Assembly (NCBI GenBank): GCA_964016885.1
Contig: OZ024741.1
Location: 168,392,001 to 168,456,000, forward strand
DNA from: Eledone cirrhosa
Taxonomy: Eukaryota
Length of the DNA: 64,000 nucleotides
Reading direction: 5' to 3'
Position 1 is the first letter of the stretch. Each line of letters starts with the position of its first letter. Shown here piece after piece: positions 12,738 to 24,289 of the stretch. Under the pieces are notes generated by a model that saw only the letters and a program-made list of their open reading frames with translations, ran no database searches and was not told where the DNA came from. The translations under genes and the position numbers were made by a program.

Positions 12738-13015
12738 AGCTAAGTATAGTGGCTTATTCTTCTCTAAGAACCTCTCTCGTAGTTGCCTCACTAAGAAGAG
12801 GGCATCTATTGTACTTTTCCGAGTGTGTGTGTGTTTGTGCATGTGTACGTGTGTGTGTGTGTGTATTTATACATATATATATATTCTACTGACATGGCTT
12901 TATAGAGGCTGTTTGCATAATTGCAAATGAATCGAATATTATTATTAATATTCTAAAAACTCAGATTACATTTATTGTATTCAGCCATGTAGAGCAATAA
13001 ACCATTTGTTTGTTT

Positions 13016-13049
<34 letters not shown>

Positions 13050-13139
13050 GTGGCCTGTATTTTAAATACCATTGTACTTAAAATATTCAAACAGATTGAG
13101 TAGTGGATAATTGTGAACAGAGTATGAAATATATTCATA

Positions 13140-14270
13140 TTTCAACTTTCAACTGCGCAGAGGGTTCTATAGAAATAGTGGACAGCTTCCGTTACCTGGG
13201 TGACAAAATCAGCAGTGGGGGAGGGTGCTGCGAAAGTACAGTTGCTAGAGTCAGAACTGGATGGAAAAAGTTCAGAGAGCTTATACCACTATTAGCCGCT
13301 AAAGGGTTCTCCCTAAAAGTGAAAGGCAGGTTGTATGATGCCTGCATACGAACAGCAATGTTGCATGGCAGTGAGACCTGGGCATTGTGTGCAGAGGATA
13401 TACGCAGACTAGAGAGCAATGAAGCTTGCATGCTCTGCTGGATGTGTAATAGTAATATACGCGAACGGCAAAGCATAAACGAACTAAGGAAAAAATTAGA
13501 AATAAGAGGGATCAGATGTTGTTTACTCGAGAGAAGGCTACGTTGGTATGGTCACGTGATGCGCATGAAAGACGACAGCTGTATAACAAAGTGCAGGGCA
13601 ATAAAGATAGATGGTAGCCACGGAGTAGGCAGACCCAGAAAAACCTGGGACGAGCTGATAAATTCCGACCTCACACACTTACACCTCTCCAAGACAATGT
13701 CACTGGACCGAGACCTTTGGCGGTACTCAGTAACAGAGAAGACCCGCGTTACCTAAATACAAAGTAAAACCTACTACAGTCAGTAGGCATCTCTAACAAA
13801 ATACACCCCCGTCCCACCACCCCCACCCCATCCACACCACCCCTTTCAATGTAAAGTTATGTTGGTGCCACAAAATCCAGGCCGAAACAAATGAGATCGT
13901 GTAGGTGTCACGAAAAAAAACAAAAAAAACACACAGTCCACGCTGTAATGTGACCGTGTAGGCAACACGGTAAAAACCTCCCAGCCCCACACTGTAAATG
14001 TGGTTGGTGTTAGGAAGGGCATCCAGCTGTAGAAAACATGCCAGACAGTCCACGCTGTAATGTGGCCGTGTAGGCAACACGGTAAAAACTTACCAGCCCC
14101 ACACTGTAAATGTGGTTGGTGTTAGGAAGGGCATCCAACTGTAGAAAACCCGCCAGACAGTCCTATGCGAGCAAGACAACCACTCTTGCCTCAAGTGGGA
14201 AAACTCCCGTCCAAACCCATGCAAGCATGGAACACGGACGTTAAACGATGATGATGATGATGATGATGAT
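13140..14270 (+). mobile_element. 5'-truncated RTE LINE, same family as 7531-10868
   Basis: ORF 13103-13756 is highly similar to 9908-10516. The 3' UTR has a ~113 bp tandem duplication (about 13934-14046 / 14047-14160). (GAT)n tail. Confidence 0.95.
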
Positions 14271-14589
14271 CTATGTATATGTCTGTTTGTGTGTGTGTGT
14301 CCTTATGTATATATGTGTACCCATGGGATATAGACACAGACTCAGACACAGAGGTGTCTGAGTCCGTGTCTATATCTCATAACATAAGTTTCACATAAAA
14401 TAAGTACTACACTTGAAAAACAAAAAAAGTCCTTGGATTAATGTGATTAACTAAAACAAAGTAGTAGCCCTGTACAACCATAGGCTATGAGTGAAACCAA
14501 TAAAAGAGTTAAATAGTAAATTAAGTGTACTTAAACAGAACACTATGGGTTACCATGTGTCTCTCTTTGAAAACATTGAAGACCACACA

Positions 14590-14820
14590 TAGATGACACC
14601 TACAATTTTCTAGGGATTAAATAAGGTTTGATGTCAAACCTGTAGCAATGGAGACTTCTGGTGTCCTTGGCACTAAGGCCACCTCCCAACTCGCCACCAT
14701 CGACACAGAGTTGTCTACCTGCAGGTGTGAGCCTTGTGAGCTGGAATGATTCTTCCAGCATGTCTCCCTCACCATCCTCTTGGCAAACATCTTCTTTTAT
14801 TCAGTCTGATGGGGCCATGG
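14590..14820 (+). mobile_element. Degenerate CRE-like non-LTR element C-terminal fragment
   Basis: Translation PVAMETSGVLG..A...L..I...E..FFQHVSLTI..AN resembles the restriction-like endonuclease tail P.AVET.G..G...FL.QR.S.AI.RGN. Similar short pieces lie on the minus strand near 15410-15458 and 15735-15785. Confidence 0.5.
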
Positions 14821-15473
14821 GGTGACCAGCACTTGGACCCCCATTTGCTAACAATAATGAGAGATGGGGAGAGCAGGAGAGACAGGGGCAGTGACAATGG
14901 GAGTTTGGTTCCTTTGTGTTCAGTCCTGGTGTATATGTATAGGTTTCACAGACACACACTCACTCTGAGGTTCAAAATTAGTTGTTTTGAGTTGCCAGAT
15001 GATAAGTAATAAACAGTAATGTTTTATGTGTACAAAAGTGCTATGAAAATCATAATCTGGAATGCAAACTAGAATAATATATTTGCTTATAATAATATAA
15101 ATATTAAAATCTTCAAAGTCAACAAATGTTACACTCATACTGAGTCTTGTGTATAGATTAGATTTAATCATTTTTAAGTCTAAAATACATATGAATAGAA
15201 CAATATGATTATGCAGCAAGCAGGGAAATAGCGGACGTAAAATGATGATGATGATGATGATAATGATGATGATATAAAGCTCAATTCTTCATATATTTTA
15301 ATGTAGACTAAAATGAACTAATGGAACTGAATATTTATCATTTATATGGTTTACACATTAATATTATAGTTTCTGGTGTGCAAAGTTCATGCACATTTCT
15401 ATTATACTAGCTGTGCAGGAACCAAGGACACCAGAGGTTTTAATAGCAACGGGCACAAAAAAAAGGGGGTTGG

Positions 15474-15699
15474 ATAACCTTTTAGCATTTAAACTGGTAG
15501 TATCCAGCCAGAATTCTCTCACCTCTTTCTCTTCAAACTGGCCATAACTGGGTGCTTATATCAATGTTAAGGTATTGTTCTCAAAATAATATCAAAATCT
15601 CATAGATTTGATATTATGTGAGATAATTAGGTGAGTTAGAACCTTTACTGCAAAAAAGGCAATAGTAAATATAGAGTAATACAAATGCTAAAGAGTTAA
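15474..15699 (+). mobile_element. piggyBac-type non-autonomous MITE, family P1
   Basis: Ends resemble TTAA-CCCTTTAGCATTTA...TAAATGCTAAAGGG-TTAA, and there are five copies in the window. Confidence 0.75.
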
Positions 15700-16299
15700 A
15701 CTCATCATTTGGTTAACTCCCATTGTGAAAGTCTTAGGATGGAGGATACCAGAGTTCTTGATGGCAATCAGCACAGAAAGGAAATAATCAGTTAAAGCCC
15801 AGTATTTTCTTATCTTCTGTTACTCTATGTTACAGATGGCGATACATGGAGTTGTGGCTCAGAACATGTCATATGTGGGATCAACTATTGGCATTTTACT
15901 CTCCCTGTGTTGTGAAATATATTTACAAAAAACGTCATATGAAACAATAAATTTCACTTGCTGACATGAAGGTTTTTGGTTGACTTTATCAGCCACTCAT
16001 TCAATCCAACTTTTCTGTTCCTGTTCAACTTCTTATTTTATACCTACAGACAAAATTCTTATTTTTGTATAAATGTGCTCAACAAATTTGTATAAGATAA
16101 TCTTATAACTCAACATCATTTAATGTCTGAATATTCCTGTTCACTACTTGTTTTATAACAATATCTCCATATTGCTGGAATAGATTGACCATGTCATATT
16201 CTTAGATTTGATATGTCAGTTCATCATGTCTTGATCATACATTTCATTTTGATATGAGTTCTATGACTGAATGCCTTTCTTAATGCCAAGCTCTTTACA

Positions 16300-16665
16300 G
16301 CATGTACTGAGTGCCTTTTATCATGGCACCAGTTCTACGTCTTTACAGAGTGAGGTGAGAGTATTTAATTGTGCTACCACTTTACAGAATGTGCTGAGGG
16401 ATTTTTTATGACACCAGCACAACCACTTTACAGAATGGACTGGGTATATTTTATTGTGACACCGGCACTACCATTTTACAGAGTGAGCTGGGTGCATTTT
16501 ATTTTGGCATCAGCACTACAACTTTACTGAGTATGTTGGGAGCATTTTATTGACACCAGCACTACCACTTTAGAGTAGGCTTGCGGCATTTTATCATGGC
16601 ACGAACACTACTATTCTATGGCGTGGGCTGGGTACATTTTATCAGGACATCAACACTAGGGCCTA
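16300..16665. repeat. Minisatellite, ~45-48 bp unit, about 7 diverged copies
   Basis: Unit ~TTTTATCATGGCACCAGCACTACCACTTTACAGAGTGTACTGGGTGC, related to the reverse complement of the SINE B/RTE tail. Confidence 0.85.
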
Positions 16666-17121
16666 TATGTGTGTGTCTGTTGGTCTGTGTGCTTATTCAA
16701 ATGCGTTTCCTTATCCTTTTGTTGTATCATTCACAAATGACAGTATACATATTAAGGCCATACTGTCATACTCACACACATCTCACCATTCAAATATTTT
16801 ACCCCTACACACACACATACTGTCATACACACACACATGATGCTGTACACACACACACACCGGGGTCATCCAAATATTCTACTCATGCACACACATACCC
16901 AACCCTCTATTTTACACATACATACACACATACCTGACTATCTATCTATCTTACACATACATATATGCACACCTGACCATCCAACTATTCTATTCATATA
17001 TACACACTTACTGTTGTACTCACACACCCATACAAACTCTAACATGCTACTACCTCTCTTTTCTTCTTTCTGCTCAAACCAACATATTGCTGACCTTTCA
17101 TCTACACTCTCCAATCATCTA

Positions 17122-17568
17122 TTAACCCTTTTGTTACTGTATTTCTAATGAAAGATACTACTGATGATTGCCAAATATTCAAGAATTCAGTGAGATTTAC
17201 TAAGAAAACTAACTTTCTCATTATTAAGCTGGTGTTTGGAACATAATTTAAGAAATGTTCTCACATAAAATGATTTTGAAAGGTTTTTAGATAAGTATAA
17301 ACACCTTAACACTATTGGTACTAAACTACTTAAAACTGCCTGTCATCCTACAAACAAATCTGTTTGCTTTAAATTGTTTATATTTATCTAAATCATCATC
17401 CATCATAATTTTATGCAAGAACTTTTAATTTATTATACTTTAAATATTATTGTAACAATGATAAATTTAGTTAAATTACTAAATCCTTCAGAATTTGTTA
17501 TTTTTCTGAAAATGATTTGAAAATCATAGGCAGTGACTTTCATTAGAAATATGGTAACAAAAGTTTTA
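17122..17568. mobile_element. Degenerate TTAA MITE, family P2
   Basis: TTAACCCTTTTGTTACTGTATTTCT...AGAAATATGGTAACAAAAGTTTTAA inverted ends. Related pieces lie at 19331-19583 and from 35523. Confidence 0.55.
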
Positions 17569-17711
17569 AAAAAAGCTTTGTATCATTGAATGAGTATTAG
17601 TTTTAAGTGTTTTGGTATCTTAAGTATAAAATAATCCACACTCTGCTCACTTTTGGTATCCATTGACATAAAAGATATTTGAAAAACCATACGTGAAATC
17701 TATTCACTATT

Positions 17712-17893
17712 AATAATTGTTTCTACTTTTGGCACAAGGCCAGCAATTATCCAGTGCATTACTGGTACTTTATTTTATCGACCCCGTAAGGATGAAAGGC
17801 AAAGTCAACCTCGGCGGGATTTGAACTCAGATCGTAAAGGGACGTAACTATGCTGGAAAGCATGGCGTCCGACCCTCTACCGATACTGCCAAT
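17712..17893 (-). mobile_element. SINE family A
   Basis: Matches the other family A copies. Confidence 0.92.
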
Positions 17894-17954
17894 TAATGAA
17901 ATGCTATAGTTTGCTTGAAGCATTGTATATAATATATAATGATGAAAGAGATAG

Positions 17955-18375
17955 AAGGCTATCATTAAAGCCAGTAATAGAAATGTGGACGACTTAAGAA
18001 TTAAGGAAGCCTTGCTCGTACGTCGACTCAACCCACAAATAAATAATAGATTAGAACTCAGCACACAGTATTTGATATAAAAGACATACCCACAGACACA
18101 CAAGCTAAACATCTCATACAAAAACGAAAATTAATTTCGCAAAATACTATATTGGCAATAGATGTCATTCATGTGGAAAACAAAGGAACCATCGAAAAAC
18201 GATTAAAAAAGACTTATAAAAAATGTTAATAAAAATCAAAATGTTATCCCAAAGAGAGGAAATTGGATTATCCTTAAACCCTGATAAAGGGACTTTTAGG
18301 TCCCGAAATATTGGACAGATAAAAGAAGAAGCACAACAACAAAACAAAGATTACCAGGTAACTTTTACTTTTCAA
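17955..18375 (+). mobile_element. Penelope-like element 3' remnant (GIY-YIG C-terminus + minimal hammerhead)
   Basis: Translation ...DDLRIKEALLVRRLNPQINNRLELSTQYLI* matches the GIY-YIG L.I.EAL.I....P..N motif. Downstream at 18279-18314 is cc-CTGATAA-agggac ttttag gtccc-GAAA-tatt-gg. Confidence 0.7.
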
Positions 18376-21281
18376 TACCTCATCTCACAGTCTATTTTGC
18401 ATTGTTTAGCCTTCTATCGCTTTCAACGTTATATATTCACTATCATTTTCTTAAAATACTCTTGATTCATAAAGGAGCCTTGCACGAAATATTGACACTT
18501 TTATCTTCTCTATACGGTTTAATGCACTGGCTTTGCTTTCTGTCATTAGGTGTGTTTGTATCTGTCTCTCTCTCTGTACACAAGTGTGTGTATATATATA
18601 TATATATATGTACACACACACACACACATACATACATAAATACATACATATATACTTATATACATAAACATATATGTATATACTTATATGCACGAACACC
18701 TACACACACATACATATATATATATATGTATATGGGGGGGGGGGGGGGCGTGAGTATGTGCGTGTATCAGGGATGTAAACATGGACACTTACATTTATGA
18801 ATATACAAGACTTCCATTTATTACCTTATCTTATTCCATATCTACTTCTATTCTGTTAACATTAATTCACAGGGACAAGTCATATAAGTGAATCTTCTCT
18901 TGTGATCAATAACAAAATCTATTGGATGATTTTCATCTAATTCAGCATTGGCAATAGTTTATAACATTTGTCATATTGGAACATTGAAATGAGATTCTGA
19001 TAATGCATTGTGTCTGTGTAGATGAAGGTAGATTCATAAGTCTAACAACGAAAACAACAACATTGGCATGCAGTTAAATATCTAGTCATGTGATATTTGG
19101 GGAAGAGGAAAGTTGATAGCTGACATACTTTACTAGTACATATTTTATCAACCCCAGAAGGATGAAAGGCAAAGTTGACCTCAGTAGGATTTGAACTCTG
19201 AAAATAAAGAGACGTGTTTTATCTAATGTTCTAAAATTTCCATCAATCCGCTACCCTATGAAACTATGTAATATTAGGACGATGTAGGGATTATCATTTG
19301 CTCTTAAAGATTATCTGTTTGATGTCACATTTAACTCTTTCTTAACCATATTTCTTATGAAATACATCAAGGTTTTTTTTTAAAATCAATTTTGGTAAAT
19401 AATCAACAATTTAATAGAATTTGGGAAAATAACCGACCATTTTATTAAGCTGGCTTAACAAAATATTCTTTTGAAACATCACTTTTTTGGGGGTGGGGGA
19501 TTAAATAGGAATACTTTAATATAAGAGGTTTGTCATAATATAACTGGGGTGGTTTCGGGTGGGTTAGTATGAAAATAGTTAAATCCATAACAGCAAATTG
19601 ACAGATTCACTAGAGCTTTGGATAGAATGCTTTACAGCAAGGCTTCTTAAAATGGTTCATATAAATACCTAGAGGTAAATAAATGTTAGCAGAAGTGAAT
19701 AAGGCTTATGGGTCCCACAGAGGTGAATTTACTAGCTTGCATTTAGTGAACTATTTTTAACCATTCCCACCAAAGCCATCCTTCCCATTAAAAAATAATT
19801 CAAGTATTAAAGGTATGTTTACATTTATAGTTTACTGATTGTAAGTTGTACTAAACATTGGTAAATTAGTTATGGTTTGTAACTTTATATTTGATTATTT
19901 TGTTAGTGAAGAGAATAGATATAAATTTCATTAAAAGAGATCTAACAAATAAAAGGTTTGATTAGCCCTGTTTTGTGCTATTCATTCCAATTCTCTGCAT
20001 TTTTATATTCAAATCCTGCTGAGGTCAATTTTGTCTTTCATCATTTTGAGGTCAATAAATATAGTACCAATTGAATATGGGAGTAGATTCTTACCTCTCT
20101 CTCCCTCTCCCCTTCTCTCCCTAAGAAAAGAGTTGTTCAGCAGACCAGACCAAGGAAACAATGATTCATTTCATTGTTGATACTACTTCCCAGATACACC
20201 TTCTGACAGAGAGAGGCAAAAATGTTTATTCTGCACAGAGCAAGATCAGGTATCACAAAACATACAGATTGACTCTTTAAGAATTCCGCCAATCCACAGT
20301 ACCCACCCCTGGAGATTAGCTCCAATTAACTACTGAATTTGTCTGTGAAAACCTATTCAGTCCTTGCTATCAGGAAAAGATGATGATGATATATATATAT
20401 GTAATTTATGTTAGGCTGCTATGGATATAACACAATATTAGCAGGCTGTCCATGAATCAAATTTTCTATTTTCTATCTTCCATTTTTTTCTGTCACCTAT
20501 CTTCTATTCTATGTTTGGGTTCAATGTAATCCTTTTACATAATTCTGCAAATAACACCTGATAAAATCGCCTAGTGTTGCATCACAATCACATGATAAAG
20601 CTGGGTCATTGAAATATGTATAGTGCTTTCGTGGAATTAAAATTCTAAAGTAAATTTTCCATTCTGGCCTACTGTTGTTTTGATGTATATATATATATAT
20701 ATGCATGTGTGCTTGTCTATCTGTGTGTGTGTGTGTGTCTCATAACTTAGCTGTTTGACAAAGAAATGAATAAGATAAATACTAGCATTGATATAATCAA
20801 CTATAAATCACCTTAAGATGGTTACCCAGCATGACTGCTATCTTATGATTGAAACCTGTAAATGAATTTCAGAACATAATATTGCCATGTATTATCAATT
20901 TCTAATGAAAGACATCATAGTGATATGACACATCTAATGTCTACAGGCTATGAGAACAGGTGGAGATATTATGGAACATTAACTCCACTGTAACTGTTTA
21001 CTCTCATCACAGCTGTACTTATTAAGATCAAAGAGTTGGCTGTTGGAACTCTCATTATCGAAATGCTGTTACTTGCTTCAGATATGACTCATGAAATTAG
21101 TAATAAACCAGTGAATTAACGTACATAAGGAAAATATATTTATTCGCTAAAGCACATACATACATTCTATACACCCGGACTACCAACAGCTAATTTTTGG
21201 CTGCCTTCTCGTCTTGCGCATCTCTCTCTGCTTTTCAGCCCCATTGTGTCTATTATATTCCTTTGTTGGATAAATTTTGAA

Positions 21282-21339
21282 ATACCTGATGATGTCACTG
21301 GATTCATACTGAACCCGGTCATTGAAATGTTCATAGTAT
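21282..21339 (+). ncRNA. Type I hammerhead ribozyme motif (same family as 7088)
   Basis: atac-CTGATGA-tgtcactggattcatactgaacccggtcatt-GAAA-tgttca-TA-gtat-AATAAA. Flanks 21255-21390 are homologous to 7060-7195. Confidence 0.75.
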
Positions 21340-21529
21340 AATAAACCTTTAAGGAATTACACCAGTCCAGCCTCCTGTTATTTTATAATAATTAACTCCA
21401 TACTCGCACCACTAACTACACAAACGAAGACGGTTGAGTTGTTTTATGTCGAGTGCTCTCCCTAATATTACATCAAGTTCTATCCAGTGGTAAACCAACA
21501 AACCTAAATGAATATATATATATATATAT

Positions 21530-22090
21530 ACATCATCATCATCACTGTTTTATGTCCATTCGTCCAAGTTTTGTCATGTAGGCAATGCCAGGTCAGGTGA
21601 CTGTGTCTTGCTCATACAGAACTGATTTGGGCTTGATTTTTACAGCTGGATGCCCTTCCTAACAACCTCATTTAGTACTGGGTCCTTTTTACCATGGCAC
21701 TTACACGACCACTCTACATTGTGGACTGGGTGATTTTTTTGTTGTGACACCTACACAACCATTTTACAGTGGGAAGGGGGTGGGGCCACACTGTCTATAT
21801 GCTTCAGCTTCGGCTTGTACCCATGGGAAGTCAGGTCTTTATATATCTAAAGTATGTCTTAAGCCAGAAGGCTCATTTTGCCGGTGCTTATCCCGGTTTC
21901 ATGGCATGAAGTGACTGACAGGACACTTGTCCATCACAGGTTTAAACCCCCAGCTATTGCTGGTACTCATTTTCAGCTGAGTATACTGGAGCAACGTGAA
22001 ATGAAGTGTTTTGCTCAAGAACACAACATGCAACCCAGGAATCGAACCCACAACATTATGATCATATATCCAAAACCATTACATCATATG
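21530..22090 (-). mobile_element. Degenerate RTE 3' UTR fragment plus CORE-type SINE
   Basis: Contains GGATGCCCTTCCTAAC (RTE tail) and CTGGAGCAACGTGAAATGAAGTGTTTTGCTCAAG (CORE domain, reverse complement). Confidence 0.7.
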
Positions 22091-22122
22091 TCCAACACCT
22101 TATGCCACATACCTCCACCTTC

Positions 22123-22161
<39 letters not shown>

Positions 22162-22183
22162 GTCAGTATACATACATATAATG

Positions 22184-22225
<42 letters not shown>

Positions 22226-22279
22226 CTGATGCAATAGTAACAAAATCTGACCCATTATATTGGCCTGAAGGCAAAAATC

Positions 22280-22850
22280 TTAATCAGACTGCAGTTATCC
22301 TAATTACCCAGTTTAAAAACAGACTAACATTTGTCTGTGCCAAAAGAATTTCTCATTAATTTGAAATTATAACCATAACGAGAATTAAAACTGTGAATAG
22401 ACTAGTCATTCTTGTTTAGATCTAATAAAACTGAAGCTTGCCTGAAGTTGTCACCATACCTAACAAAGATCAAGTTCATTTCCTTCTTCATTTAACATTA
22501 GGGCAATCGAAATTACAGGAGTTCTCTCCCTTTTGAGATTTATTTTCATTAATGCTAATGGCATTTCCCTTTGTTACTATCATAATTTCAATCTTATCCA
22601 TGGAGCACAGCTAGAAATGTGGGTTAAGAGGTGTAAAAGGATACCACAATGAGGCCGGAGGCATAGCTGTCTTTTTTAAAGTTATTAGGTTCTAGTGAGT
22701 GGAGCTTTTTAATGATCTCATCTGAATTGTTGTAATGTCCCAGAAATGTTAGTAATCAGCGTTTTAGGACTCTTGAAAAGTGCCAAGGGATCTTATACAG
22801 TAATCTTTCAACACTGGATACAATAGGCCTGATTTTTGTCTATGATGCCA
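22280..22850 (-). pseudogene. Degenerate Penelope-like reverse transcriptase fragment
   Basis: Minus-strand translation KIRPIVSS...H.NNS.EII..L...L.VVSFYTS.P and a later F.RY.D-like motif match PLE RT motifs. Many stops. Confidence 0.6.
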
Positions 22851-23164
22851 CCACCAAAATGAATTTAAAAACTACTGCCTGCTGCCATACAATGCCTAAT
22901 GCTGCCCTCCAATAATTCTAAAGTTTTAACAAATCCCTTGGCAATGATAGATTATCCAAAATATATTAAGAATAATAAATGACCTCATTTCTCATTCTCT
23001 TTTTCTTCTTCCTTCCTTTATTAATCCTTACCCCTCTCTTCTGACTTTGTTACCAGTCTACATTGTAGTGGCTTCATACTCATGTTTCAGATTCCTCAAT
23101 GCTTCAAGAAAATTACAACTCTCTATTATGTAGTATTGTTTCACCATTCCTGTGTTATACAAAT

Positions 23165-23490
23165 GCAGGCATAGCTGTGTGATTAAAGGAGTTTGCTTCA
23201 CAACCACATGATTAAGGGTTGATGTCTACTGTGTGATACCTTGGCCAAGTGTCATCTACTATAGCCTCGGGTTGATGACCAATGCTTTGTGAATAGAATT
23301 TGGTAGATGAAAACTGAAGAAGCTCATCATGTGTGTGTGTGTGTTTATGTCTCATAACTTATTGGTTTAAAAAAGGAAAAAAAAAATGTTAAGTAGCAGA
23401 CTTGAAAAAATAAGTACTGGGGTTGATATGATTGTCAAAATCAATCAGTGCCCCAGCATGGCAACGTTCTAATGAGTCAAACCAGTAAAG
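23165..23490 (+). mobile_element. CORE-type SINE, family C
   Basis: GCAGGCATAGCTGTGTG head, CCTTGGCCAAGTGTC.TCTACTATAGCC core, internal (TG)n and an AAGTACTGGGG tail. Confidence 0.7.
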
Positions 23491-24289
23491 GAATATCAGA
23501 ATTTTCTCTCTCTATTTCATCATAAATGCAAGATTAGGTGTTACATACAGCCACATTTTAACTAAAGGTATTTAATTAGTGGTTCAATAATTGTTGTTAA
23601 ATAAAGTAAAAGATGTCTCGTCTGTTAATTGGTACAGCATAATTTAATTACAATGGCTTTTGCAATCCAATAATATAATTTAATTTGACGATATATTCAA
23701 TTAAATATATTGATAAGAATTACGAATATTATTGATCTTTAAATGATAAATATTGTACATCATAGCTCCAATATTTAATTCTAATATGATGATAAAAATA
23801 TCAAAAAAAACTGCTTGTCAGATTGAATCAAAGAAACAATGTTTACATTGGTCTTTCCATTGTGATGATACCTATTGGTTGCAACTTCTGGCAGAGGGAT
23901 TTGATCTCAGAATGTACAGAGTCAAAACCAATATTGAAGCATTTTTTAACTAAAACACAGATTTATTTTTTAAATTCTAGCACATATTTTATCCAACCCT
24001 GTTTGTCGAACTGCTAGTTACAGGGTGTAAACAAGCAGAAAATATACAGTAAACACAAAAGCACACACACACAAATATATATATATATTATGATAATAAT
24101 AATAATAATGCTTTCTTTATTAACCACAAGGGTTTACACAAAGTAGACATTAAGGACAGTACAGGACGGTACAAAAGGGCATTTCTGCGTGTAAAAAAAA
24201 ACAAGAAACAGAGGATATAATAATAGAACAATAAAAAATTCCCCAATAGGGGGAAGACTTCCGAGGGACATTCGTGGAGAAAGCCCATT

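Noticed and set aside
16300-16665. CRISPR-like regular repeats (also 54330-54830)
   Set aside because: Eukaryotic context, diverged tandem units without unique spacers, and no cas genes.
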